IMG/VR virus record: IMGVR_UViG_3300035183_001040
Coordinates: 10,761 to 74,760 of that record
Length of the DNA: 64,000 nt
Source: a virus
Direction: 5' to 3' (one strand)
Shown one piece after another: positions 7,963 to 16,736 of this stretch. Within the stretch, counting starts at the first letter, position 1. Each line of letters starts with the position of its first letter. Below the pieces are notes generated by a model that was given only the letters and a program-made list of their open reading frames with translations, was not told the DNA's origin and did not search any database. Made by a program: the position numbers and the translations under genes.

Positions 7963-8868
7963 ATGCGGGGCGCTGACGCAGAACGCATCTTCCGAGCTTT
8001 ACCGCGCGCACACAGGGCTGGCGCGTGGTGGCGCATCGCATGCCCGCTTTGCGAAGACGAGGGCCACACCGACCGAAAGCTGAGCATGGGCGTGCACTCG
8101 GAGACAGGTCACGTGCACTGCTTCAGGTGCGGCTTCCGCGGGAGGCTGGAAGGCGAGGACTTCCAATCGCCGACACCCGAGAGCAGCAACGAAGGTAACG
8201 CCGTCTCGGCCATTCCTCCGCCAGAGGGCTTCGTGCCGCTCGGTGAGGAGCCGGGCTCAGGCGCGCTCACGTTCCAGGAAGCCCGCGACTACCTTCTCGT
8301 CCGGCGCAAAGTCCCGCTCCCTTCCGTACGAAGGATGCGCGTTGGTGCGTGCGCTGAAGGCTGGTACGCGGGACGCATCGTCGTTCCCGTTCTCGACGAC
8401 GACGGAGAAACGTGGCTCGGCTACGTGGCGCGGCTTTGGGCCGACCCGCCCAGGAGCGCCGAAGGCGCCGCCGCGCTCAAGTACCTGTACCCGAAAGGGA
8501 TGCGGCGCGGGCAAATCCTGTACAACCGCCGCGTTCTCGACACCGAAACCGACGTGCCCGTCCTCGTCGTCGAGGGCGTGTTCGACGCGCTCGCCTTCCC
8601 CGACGATGCCGTTGCTCTGCTCGGCACCTGCTCGGAGGCGCAAACCGAACTGCTCAAGGCCGCAAAGCGCCCCATCGCTATCGTGCTCGACGGCGACGCG
8701 TGGGAGAAAGGGCACATGCTCGCCGCGCGACTTCAGTTCGATGGGCTGCGCGCAGGATGTGTGCGTCTCCCTCCCGGAGCGGACCCTGACGAAGTTCCGC
8801 GCGAGGCCTTGATCGACGCAACCCGTAGGAGCATAGGCAAGTTTGACCCAGTACCCTTGCATACCTGA
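7963..8868 (+). CDS. DNA primase (Zn finger + TOPRIM)
   Basis: CPLC...HCFRC; VVEGVFDA; LDGD. Confidence 0.9.
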   Translation: MRGADAERIFRALPRAHRAGAWWRIACPLCEDEGHTDRKLSMGVHSETGHVHCFRCGFRGRLEGEDFQSPTPESSNEGNAVSAIPPPEGFVPLGEEPGSGALTFQEARDYLLVRRKVPLPSVRRMRVGACAEGWYAGRIVVPVLDDDGETWLGYVARLWADPPRSAEGAAALKYLYPKGMRRGQILYNRRVLDTETDVPVLVVEGVFDALAFPDDAVALLGTCSEAQTELLKAAKRPIAIVLDGDAWEKGHMLAARLQFDGLRAGCVRLPPGADPDEVPREALIDATRRSIGKFDPVPLHT

Positions 8869-8886
8869 GAGAGGAAGGAGTTGTTC

Positions 8887-9090
8887 ATGAGCTACAAGCG
8901 ACGAAAGACTGCGCTCAACTTCTTCGAGTGCCGGAAGCTATCGACCATCGTACGCGAGCATACGTCGAAGGCGCTCACCGAGAAATTCGGCATCGCGCGC
9001 GAAACGATCCACCGTGCGCTCGCCGGAGAACCCATCCACGTCGGGACGCGCGCGGTGATTGAGAAAATCTTCGAGGAGTACGAGACGTGA
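8887..9090 (+). CDS. Small HTH protein
   Basis: LTEKFGIARETIHRALAG; AAGGAG RBS. Confidence 0.65.
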   Translation: MSYKRRKTALNFFECRKLSTIVREHTSKALTEKFGIARETIHRALAGEPIHVGTRAVIEKIFEEYET

Positions 9091-9232
9091 CCAACTACAC
9101 GCGAGGTCTTGGCCTAGCCACCGTACGCCTTCGCTGGTCTGCTAGTATGCACGGGACTTCTTTGATCCCGACGAGATCTCGCGTCCACAACCCGACGCGC
9201 TCCAGTTCGCGTGCTGGCCGGATGTGTGCGGA

Positions 9233-9745
9233 ATGATATGGCATCTCTCCTATCGCGCCGATCCGCGCGTCAGGGAGCTTGCAGATCGGCATTACAGTCG
9301 GCGGACGGTCGGCGCACCTCAATTCGTTCCGCCCGGCCGATGTCTCGTCCTCTTCGTGCCAGGTGCGTTCTGGGTTACGTCATGGCAAGAATATACCAGG
9401 CACAATTGGAATGGTGCGTGGATGTGCAGCGCATTTCGGCGCGAGTACGGTGACATGATCGCGTCACGCATGATTGTGGATGCGCTCGCCGCGACCCGTT
9501 GGCGTTGGCCTGACGTGCCAGAAATCGCGTGTTCATGCGGGTGCCGGGTGGCGATGGTCACCTTCGTGGACGGCTCGAAGGTGAAGCGCAAGCGTGACCT
9601 CGGCCGATGTTTTCGGCGGGCAGGCTTCGTCGAGTGCACACAGCACACGAAGAAATCAGGGCTGACCGTACTGCACATCGATCCGCGTGATCTGCCTGCG
9701 GCAGAACCTCCTATCGGAGCTCAGCGCATACTCCTTGGCTTGTAA
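9233..9745 (+). CDS. Hypothetical protein, possibly Mom-like GNAT fold
   Basis: ADRHYS...PPG...CSAFRRE...ASRMI...VTFVD...GRCFRRAGF recalls Mu Mom-like acyltransferases (from memory, unverified). Confidence 0.45.
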   Translation: MIWHLSYRADPRVRELADRHYSRRTVGAPQFVPPGRCLVLFVPGAFWVTSWQEYTRHNWNGAWMCSAFRREYGDMIASRMIVDALAATRWRWPDVPEIACSCGCRVAMVTFVDGSKVKRKRDLGRCFRRAGFVECTQHTKKSGLTVLHIDPRDLPAAEPPIGAQRILLGL

Positions 9746-9746
9746 C

Positions 9747-10235
9747 ATGCACGATACCGTGCCAACTTCGCTCGCCATGGATCTCGCAACCTGGATTCTC
9801 CACGCATCGCTGCTCGTAACCGACGCGCACGGCCATCACCCCATGCGGCCGATCGCCGCTGAGGGCGCGCAGGCCATCGCCCGCGCGTGCGAGCGGCAAC
9901 CGGACGAGCAGGCGCAGCGCAAGTGCGCGGCGGTCTACCTCGTGATGGCCTTCCGCGAGTCAGGCTACCGGCTCGATGCCGTCGGCGACGGCGGGCGCGC
10001 CCGCGGGCCCTTCCAGGTCCACACCAAGCGCGCGCCGCGCACCTGGTCCGAGGCGGTCGAGCAGTACACGCCCATCCTCGTGCGCTCTGCTACCTCGTGC
10101 GCCGAGCCCCTGGAGATGCTCGCCACCGGGCGGTGCGGCACCTCGGTGGGTAGGCGCATCTCGCGCGAGCGGATGGCAGAGGCGGAGCGGATCGCGAACG
10201 CTGAACAGGAGTCAACATCGATCGAGAACCACTGA
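9747..10235 (+). CDS. Lysozyme-like / SLT transglycosylase domain protein
   Basis: AFRESGYRLDAVGDGGRARGPFQV: catalytic ES plus GxxQ motif; start may be 9777. Confidence 0.65.
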   Translation: MHDTVPTSLAMDLATWILHASLLVTDAHGHHPMRPIAAEGAQAIARACERQPDEQAQRKCAAVYLVMAFRESGYRLDAVGDGGRARGPFQVHTKRAPRTWSEAVEQYTPILVRSATSCAEPLEMLATGRCGTSVGRRISRERMAEAERIANAEQESTSIENH

Positions 10236-10332
10236 CGACGCGAGCGCGACGAGACACAGCGTGGTGCTCGAAAATCGCATGCGCGCCCGTGGCTGACGGG
10301 CGGCGGCTTACTGTGCTACTGTCCTTTGCAGC

Positions 10333-10893
10333 ATGACTGACAAGATTGCCGAAGCGTGGAGGACCATCCTTACAGAACTCGGGTATTCAGCGTCCGACGT
10401 GCACCTTGCAGAGTCTCCAGATCGCGTTGCCCGCTACATGCGGCAGTGGCACACGGCCGCGGCTCCAGCGCCGGAGCTTACGGTCTTTGACAACACCAAC
10501 CCGCGCTACGACGAGTTGATCACGACGGAGCAGATTTGGTTCTACTCGCAGTGCGCACACCACGGGCTTCCGTTCTTCGGCACGGTCGCTGTCGGGTACA
10601 TCCCCGGAGATCACATCCTAGGGCTGTCGAAGTTCGCACGGGTTGTCGACTACTTCGCGCACAGGTTCCAGGTGCAGGAGCGCATGACACACCAGATCGC
10701 AGAATTTCTCGACGAACGCCTAAGACCCAAGGGGTTAGGCGTGATCGTTCGAGCAGAGCACCTGTGCATGAGTTCCCGCGGGGTTCAGCGTCCCGGGCAC
10801 AGGACTACGACGAGCGCACTGCGAGGTGTGTTCAGGGACAACCCGGCAGCTCGTTCTGAATGGCTGGAATTCGCGAACGGAGGAAAACGGTGA
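10333..10893 (+). CDS. folE: GTP cyclohydrolase I
   Basis: SQCAHHGLPFFG, GLSKFAR, QVQERMT, AEHLCMSSRGV. Confidence 0.96.
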   Translation: MTDKIAEAWRTILTELGYSASDVHLAESPDRVARYMRQWHTAAAPAPELTVFDNTNPRYDELITTEQIWFYSQCAHHGLPFFGTVAVGYIPGDHILGLSKFARVVDYFAHRFQVQERMTHQIAEFLDERLRPKGLGVIVRAEHLCMSSRGVQRPGHRTTTSALRGVFRDNPAARSEWLEFANGGKR

Positions 10894-11249
10894 GTTCAGG
10901 CACGCTTGTGTGGGCAACGGAGCAGGTTGTCGGTTATCACTGCTGGCCTGAGGCGCCGAAGGAGGACCGCATCGAGTACCTGCGTTCGCCTCATCGCCAT
11001 GTGTTCAAAATCACGGTCTTTGTTGGCGTGACGAACGACGATCGCCAGGTTGAGTTCCACGTACTCAAGCGCGCCATTCGGTCTCGCGGGCTTGCGCAGT
11101 TCGCAACCAACGAATTTGGTGAGTACGACTTTGGCTACTCCTCGTGCGAGGCGATCGCTCGGACCATCATGGACAACGTTGGCTTCGACGGAGTTCGCGC
11201 AGTAGAAGTCTCTGAAGACGGGGAAACCGGAGCAAGGGTGTTCAAATGA
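10890..11249 (+). CDS. dpdL: QueD-like T-fold protein, DpdL-like (putative CDG decarboxylase)
   Basis: YLRSPHRHVF = LxxxHRHxF in place of QueD CxxxHGH; SCEAIA; VEVSEDGETGA; GTG start coupled to folE. Confidence 0.72.
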   Translation: MSSGTLVWATEQVVGYHCWPEAPKEDRIEYLRSPHRHVFKITVFVGVTNDDRQVEFHVLKRAIRSRGLAQFATNEFGEYDFGYSSCEAIARTIMDNVGFDGVRAVEVSEDGETGARVFK

Positions 11250-12298
11250 GAATTTTCATCGTTCCTATCGAACCTCTGGACGAGCGCTACAGCGAACAGT
11301 GGTACAGGTGGTGGCCGGAGGGGCTGGCTCGCCTTGGGCATAACGTGTCCGTTGTAGACCCACCGAAAATTTTCGACGCGGGAAAGAAAATCAAACACGG
11401 ACAGTTTCTCGACGTTTACGACACGAACATTTACAAGGCTGGGCAGGCAGCGACGCTGGCGCAACTATTTCGAGACGGCGTGATCTGCGACGGGGACTGT
11501 GTTCTGTTCCTCGATGCGTGGAATCCTGCCGTCGATCAAGCAGCGTACATGCGAGACGCGGGCGATCGAAAGGTCGTCCTCGCAGGATGCTGGCACGCGG
11601 GCACTTACGACCCTCACGACTTTCTTACGCAGAAGGGCATGTCGCCGTGGGCAGCATACTCCGAGATGGCTTGGGGGCGCGCACTCGATCTAAATTTCTT
11701 TGCCACCGAGTTTCACGCTCGACTGTTTCAGGATACAAGAACCCCCGATCCAGCTACAGTGCACGTGACTGGATTCCCGCTGCTGGCACAGGAATGGCAG
11801 CAGTACTCGATGCCGTGGTCCGAGCGTCCGATGATCGTTGTCTTTCCTCACCGGCTCGCGCCAGAAAAGGGCCTCGAAGACTTCAGGCAAATCGTGGAGC
11901 TGTACGAGAAGAGATACGCAACCGAACCCGAAACCAAAACGATACGCTGGGTCAGAACTCGGGATGAGTACAGGCCGAAACAGGTTTACTGCGAGCTTCT
12001 CGGGTCGGCGCGGGTGGCTGTGAGCACAGCACGCCAAGAAACTTGGGGTATAGCGATGCTGGAGGCTGCATCGTTGGGGTGTCACATTTGTGCCCCCGAT
12101 CGCTTGTCGTATCCGGAGATCTACGAAGCTAAAGAGCTGTATCGATCAGTGGACGAGGCGGTCGAGATCATCCACGCAGCGCTGCACGCGTCGGAGCCGC
12201 GGCCGTGGGATGGTGCACGCTGGGAGAACGCTATTGGGAAGGCTGCTGCGCTCATCCAGAAAAAGTGCGAGGAGATAAGAGCACAACGCAGTGTGTAA
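11246..12298 (+). CDS. GT-B fold (GT4-like) glycosyltransferase
   Basis: FPHRLAPEKG and ETWGIAMLEA (E-x7-E) nucleotide-sugar motifs. Confidence 0.88.
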   Translation: MRIFIVPIEPLDERYSEQWYRWWPEGLARLGHNVSVVDPPKIFDAGKKIKHGQFLDVYDTNIYKAGQAATLAQLFRDGVICDGDCVLFLDAWNPAVDQAAYMRDAGDRKVVLAGCWHAGTYDPHDFLTQKGMSPWAAYSEMAWGRALDLNFFATEFHARLFQDTRTPDPATVHVTGFPLLAQEWQQYSMPWSERPMIVVFPHRLAPEKGLEDFRQIVELYEKRYATEPETKTIRWVRTRDEYRPKQVYCELLGSARVAVSTARQETWGIAMLEAASLGCHICAPDRLSYPEIYEAKELYRSVDEAVEIIHAALHASEPRPWDGARWENAIGKAAALIQKKCEEIRAQRSV

Positions 12299-12344
12299 TC
12301 ATCGGAGTTGATCGGCGGCGGCGTCGTCGCTGTTCGAGGTACGA

Positions 12345-13265
12345 ATGAGGATAGCACTTGCTGGGGTTGAGAGTTCTCACGAACACTTGTGGGCAGCTTG
12401 TTTATCACGTGCGCGCTCTGTACTCACATCTTTCTTCTACGCAGATACGATCGAACACTCGAACAGATTTAACCTGTGGAAATCGACGCTTCATCAAGCA
12501 ACGTTTCGTCTTGTAGACTCGGGTGCATACACGTTCCGCACCACCGCCTTGTGGGGCAACAAGGAAACCGCTGCAGGCATAGACGTCGACGCTTACCTCG
12601 ACCGCTACATCAAGTGGATCTTGCGCATGCGGTCTTTGAAACTGGTCGATTACTGGGTGGAGATGGACATTGGTGTGGCAGTTGGGGCAGAGTGGGTAAC
12701 TCAGCACCGCAAGCGCTTCTTTGATGCGGGGCTCGGTTACGGGCTTATCCGAGTTTGGCACTCTTTGGAAAGCGACTGGCAAGGGTGGCTGGACCTGATC
12801 GCCGAAGCGAAACAGCCGAATCGTTCCAGATTCGTAGCGATCGAGGGAAGAAGCAAGTACTACGCACCGATTGACTACACCAAGTTTATCCGCGCAGCAT
12901 ACGACCAAGGAGTCCGAGTACACGGATTCAGAATGACAAGTTTCAAAGACTTGAAAAGGTACCCATTCTACTCCGTTGACTCGACAACTTGGACCACGGC
13001 GGTGCGTTTCGGTGTCACCCACTCTGTTCGAAACGGGTGGCTGGAATCAAGCTTGAACGGGGACCGGGTGTGGCGCGGTAGACTGATCCCACGGCGAACG
13101 TCGACGTACCGCACGCGCCTAGACCTGGTGAAGACGACTGCAGCGCAGTGGGTCAAAGCAGAAAAGCAAATCACAGAGCTATGGGAAAAGCGCGGCATAA
13201 ACTGGGACAAACAACTGGAAAAGGTGCTGCATGAAGAAGGGAAAGCAACAACAGCAACCGTATAA
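12345..13265 (+). CDS. dpdA: TGT-fold DNA guanine transglycosylase (DpdA-like)
   Basis: LVDSGAYTF, EMDI, VWH, VHGF, YPFYSVDSTTW; lies within the fol/que cluster. Confidence 0.8.
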   Translation: MRIALAGVESSHEHLWAACLSRARSVLTSFFYADTIEHSNRFNLWKSTLHQATFRLVDSGAYTFRTTALWGNKETAAGIDVDAYLDRYIKWILRMRSLKLVDYWVEMDIGVAVGAEWVTQHRKRFFDAGLGYGLIRVWHSLESDWQGWLDLIAEAKQPNRSRFVAIEGRSKYYAPIDYTKFIRAAYDQGVRVHGFRMTSFKDLKRYPFYSVDSTTWTTAVRFGVTHSVRNGWLESSLNGDRVWRGRLIPRRTSTYRTRLDLVKTTAAQWVKAEKQITELWEKRGINWDKQLEKVLHEEGKATTATV

Positions 13266-13995
13266 ACGCTTCGATGTGGGCGGCCTGCCGATGATCGTTC
13301 TTCCGATCGACCTCCCCGAAGACAACCCTGAGAACCCGAACGAGATGTCCCCAGAGTTCTTCGAGAAGGAGAAGGAATCGATCAAGACCTACGGCATGAT
13401 CGACCCGCCTGCTGTTCGAGAGCTGCCAGATGGGAGGTTCATGATCGTCGATGGTCACCACAGACGCCGCGCCGCAAAAGAGCTCGGGCATGAGACGATC
13501 ACCTGCGTTGACCTCAGTCGGATGAGCGACCATGACGCGCGCAAGTTCATGCTCATCGCGAACGAGCTTCGGGGACGCGCCGAGCCTGTGAAGCTCGCGG
13601 AGGTAGTGGCGACGCTTACCGCAGCCGAACCAATCGAGAACCTCATCAGCACGCTGCCGTTCTCAGCGCAAGAGATCGAAAGCATGGTCAAAAGCATCGA
13701 GCCGTTCGACTGGTCCCCGGTAGGCATCGAAGAACCTGCCCGAGGCGGTGGTAGCGAAGGTAACGGCGGCTACGAGCAGGACAGAGTGTTCAGGCTCGGT
13801 TCGATCCACGCCCACATCCCCGTCAGGCTCCACGACGACCTCATGATCGAGTGGAGAAAAAGCGTCGAAGCTGTCAGCACACGCAACGCGGAGATCGTGC
13901 TTCGAGACATCCTGAAACGACTCCGGGCGTGCCCGCCTGAACGGAAAGAGGAGGAACCGCACGATGATCACGATCACGAGAACGCTGGAAATTGA
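13231..13995 (+). CDS. Second ParB/Sulfiredoxin N-terminal domain protein
   Basis: NPENPNEM...YGMIDPPAVR...IVDGHHRRRA...NELRG. Confidence 0.85.
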   Translation: MKKGKQQQQPYKRFDVGGLPMIVLPIDLPEDNPENPNEMSPEFFEKEKESIKTYGMIDPPAVRELPDGRFMIVDGHHRRRAAKELGHETITCVDLSRMSDHDARKFMLIANELRGRAEPVKLAEVVATLTAAEPIENLISTLPFSAQEIESMVKSIEPFDWSPVGIEEPARGGGSEGNGGYEQDRVFRLGSIHAHIPVRLHDDLMIEWRKSVEAVSTRNAEIVLRDILKRLRACPPERKEEEPHDDHDHENAGN

Positions 13996-14389
13996 CGCCG
14001 GCCACCGGCTTCTCAGGCACGAAGGGAAGTGCAAACACCCGCACGGGCACCGGTACAGATTCGACGTGACGCTCGGGTCGAACGGAGGCCTGGACGAGGT
14101 CGGGCGGGTCCTGGACTTCGGAAGAGTCAAGGACCTCGTCGGTAGGTGGCTGGATGACAACTGGGACCATGGGTTCATTCTTGAGCGGGGCGACCCGCTC
14201 GCAGCCTTCCTCGCGAGCTCCCAGTCCAAGCTCTACCTGCTCGACGCGCCCCCATCGGCCGAGGTTCTGGCCGCGCACCTTGCGGCACAGGTAAAGCGCA
14301 CGCTCGCAGAGGAAAAGTCGCCGTTGTTCCTTGTTCGGGTCGTATGCTTCGAGACGCCGAACTGCTTTGCTACGTGGGAGGTCGGGTGA
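13964..14389 (+). CDS. queD: 6-carboxy-5,6,7,8-tetrahydropterin synthase
   Basis: DAGHRL...GKCKHPHGHRY, LDFG, WDH, PSAE, ETPN. Confidence 0.95.
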   Translation: MITITRTLEIDAGHRLLRHEGKCKHPHGHRYRFDVTLGSNGGLDEVGRVLDFGRVKDLVGRWLDDNWDHGFILERGDPLAAFLASSQSKLYLLDAPPSAEVLAAHLAAQVKRTLAEEKSPLFLVRVVCFETPNCFATWEVG

Positions 14390-15147
14390 TGCCTGCAGGC
14401 GGAACGTACAGCGTCAAGGAGATTTTCCTCACGGTACAAGGCGAAGGAGCGCGGGCAGGGTCGAAGGCCGTGTTTCTTCGGTTTACGGGCTGCAACGTTT
14501 GGACCGGGAGACCTCAGGACCGAAGCAAAGGAAAAGGCGCGTGCGCGGCTTGGTGCGACTCGGACTTCTTCAAGGGCAAGAACATGACGACGCGCCAGAT
14601 TGTCGAGCGGCTGGATGAGCTCTGGCCCGACGACGGGAAGCATCAGCGGTGGGTCGTTTTGACAGGCGGCGAACCCGCGCTCCAGTGGGACATGACGCTC
14701 AGGTATGCGCTCGAGGATGCTGACTGGTTCGTGGCGATGGAAACCAACGGCACCGTACTCCTTCAGGCGCCCGTCGACTGGCTCACGGTCAGTCCGAAGC
14801 TCGGCACGAAGCTCGTCGTCACCCGAGGCGACGAGTTGAAGGTCGTCTTGCCGGGAGTAGCACCCGGGACCACGGAGCAAGGGTGGACGGCGGAGCAAGG
14901 GTGGACGGACGAACAGTTGGAGCAGCTCGCGGGGGTCAAGCGATTCGAGCACAAGTTCGTGCAGCCTCAGGATGTTGTCCGCCCTGAGGCGACTGGAGAA
15001 ACCCTGCTCAGCCGGAACCTGACGCACCCTATGCACACGGCAGAAGCGTTGTTCAGAACGAGCGTGAAACGCTGCCTAGACTTCATCAACACGCATCCTG
15101 ATTGGCGACTGAGCTACCAGGTCCACAAGGCAATCGGAGTCCCGTGA
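14389..15147 (+). CDS. queE: 7-carboxy-7-deazaguanine synthase (radical SAM)
   Basis: KEIFLTVQGEG, FLRFTGCN...C...WCDSDF, LTGGEP, ETNG, VSPK, LSYQVHK. Confidence 0.95.
   Translation: MPAGGTYSVKEIFLTVQGEGARAGSKAVFLRFTGCNVWTGRPQDRSKGKGACAAWCDSDFFKGKNMTTRQIVERLDELWPDDGKHQRWVVLTGGEPALQWDMTLRYALEDADWFVAMETNGTVLLQAPVDWLTVSPKLGTKLVVTRGDELKVVLPGVAPGTTEQGWTAEQGWTDEQLEQLAGVKRFEHKFVQPQDVVRPEATGETLLSRNLTHPMHTAEALFRTSVKRCLDFINTHPDWRLSYQVHKAIGVP
14873..14908 (+). repeat. Perfect 18-bp tandem duplication inside queE
   Basis: cggagcaagggtggacgg x2 (EQGWT repeated). Confidence 0.9.
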
Positions 15148-15356
15148 TGCATCGCCGTTACCAGACCATGCTCGAAGAGGAGGCGAGCACCCTTCGGAGG
15201 CGAGTCGAAGGTGTCCTCGGATGGGCAGAGGGGGATGCAGATCGCTTCGACCTCCCGATGCTCAGAGAGATGGTGCGCGAGAAATCACCAAAGCTGCATC
15301 ACCTTCTTGGCCAAACAATTCGCGAGATGCGGCTCAGAGCGCTTGGGCGCCGCTGA
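15147..15356 (+). CDS. Hypothetical protein, last gene of the rightward operon
   Basis: TGATG overlap with the queE stop. Confidence 0.6.
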   Translation: MHRRYQTMLEEEASTLRRRVEGVLGWAEGDADRFDLPMLREMVREKSPKLHHLLGQTIREMRLRALGRR

Positions 15357-16050
15357 CTTCCGCCGAAGCACACTCTAGCAGTTCCTCGTACTCCTCACGC
15401 GAGCCCGCGAACGCATCGACGTCGCACAGCCCGTCCACCCCGGGCCACGTCGCTCCGTTCGCGTCGCCCCCGTGCTGCCACACGTCGGCTCGCGCCCACG
15501 GGCGCGGGCAAGTGTACGGTGCCGATGGCCAGTGGTCGTACTCGCAATCGCGCCTAAACTCGGATGGGTAGCGTGCAAGCCAGAGCGGCGCCGTGCTCCA
15601 CGTCGCGTCGAGGTCGAGCTGCGCGGTGAAGGACTGGTACGAGTACCAGCCGATCTCACGCCATACCTCACGCATCCGCTCGCGGAACGCCTGACACCAC
15701 ACGCGCCAGAGCGGTCTCTGACCGAGCGCGAGAGGATAGTTCTGCTCGACGTCGAGCCAGCAAAAGAACCTGCGCATGTGCCGCTGCTCGTGCACGTCGA
15801 GAACTTCGAGCACGTGCTTGGCCTCCGCCCTGGCGTCGGCGATCCAGTCCGGGCCGCTTGGGTGAGCGAAGTGGTAGACCGACACGTGCAGTCCGGCCGA
15901 TAGAGCTCCAGCGATCTGCTCTCCTGCGAGCGAATTCGTGAGCGCGCCCCCTTCGGTGAGTTTGACGATCGCGAACTCGGCTCCGGCCTCGCGCACCTCG
16001 GCCCACCGGATGCGGCGCTGGTACGAGGAGACGTCGATGCCGGAGATCAT
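15334..16050 (-). CDS. GH25 muramidase endolysin
   Basis: GIDVSSYQ, KLTEG, YHF, LDVE, LWLARY, WQH, CDVDAF. Confidence 0.93.
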   Translation of the reverse strand: MISGIDVSSYQRRIRWAEVREAGAEFAIVKLTEGGALTNSLAGEQIAGALSAGLHVSVYHFAHPSGPDWIADARAEAKHVLEVLDVHEQRHMRRFFCWLDVEQNYPLALGQRPLWRVWCQAFRERMREVWREIGWYSYQSFTAQLDLDATWSTAPLWLARYPSEFRRDCEYDHWPSAPYTCPRPWARADVWQHGGDANGATWPGVDGLCDVDAFAGSREEYEELLECASAEVSGAQAL

Positions 16051-16736
16051 GCCGGGGTACGTACGCGCCTACCGTACTTAGCCTTGAGCGTGCGCTTCCA
16101 GTTGGGCATCACAGCGCCGTAGACCTGCTTCGTGGTCCCCGCTGGCCCGCCCGCGCGAAGAACCATGTACCCTCCCGGGCTCATGGTGCGTGGATCGGTG
16201 AGTTGCCTCATAAAATCGTACGGCCCTTTGCCGTCCGAAAACCATCTCGGACCGACGAAGTTGGACACAGCGACGCCGTAGATCTCGTAGGAGTCGCCTT
16301 CGACCGGGTCGCAAATCTCCATTGCCACCTCGTGCTCGTAGTCGAAGTCGGCCCAGAAATTCACGTACGGATCGATAATGGTCTCCAGCACTTCGTGCGA
16401 GAGCGTAGCCGAAAGCGACAACGAGCCGTAATACTGAGTCCCGCCGTTGCCCTTCACGACGCCCCAGCCGATGACCAGTTTCGGCCGGCCGCGCGCGTCG
16501 GTCGTGTGGTACGCGAGCGCGTCTGGCGCCTCGGGGATGTAGTCCTTGACCACGCAGTGGAGGTAGTCGCCCGGTGTGTCCTTCTCGCCTGCGAAAACGC
16601 CGATCGACACCGGCTGCACCTCCCACCAGCCGGCGAGGTCGCGCGCGACCTGCGCATCGAGCGCAGATCCGATGCGTTCGAGAGCGAAGCGCGTGAGCGT
16701 CACGTCTGAGGACTCGGAGTAGATGCCGATTTTCAT
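16047..16736 (-). CDS. Putative zincin-like metalloprotein (HExxE)
   Basis: ALAYH...LSHEVLETIIDP...EICDPVE. Confidence 0.55.
   Translation of the reverse strand: MKIGIYSESSDVTLTRFALERIGSALDAQVARDLAGWWEVQPVSIGVFAGEKDTPGDYLHCVVKDYIPEAPDALAYHTTDARGRPKLVIGWGVVKGNGGTQYYGSLSLSATLSHEVLETIIDPYVNFWADFDYEHEVAMEICDPVEGDSYEIYGVAVSNFVGPRWFSDGKGPYDFMRQLTDPRTMSPGGYMVLRAGGPAGTTKQVYGAVMPNWKRTLKAKYGRRVRTPA

Noticed and set aside
10333-15147. Auxiliary queuosine (tRNA) or folate biosynthesis
   Set aside because: queC, queF, queA and the Zn-binding motif of bacterial tRNA TGT are missing; the DpdA-like and DpdL-like genes point to DNA modification.
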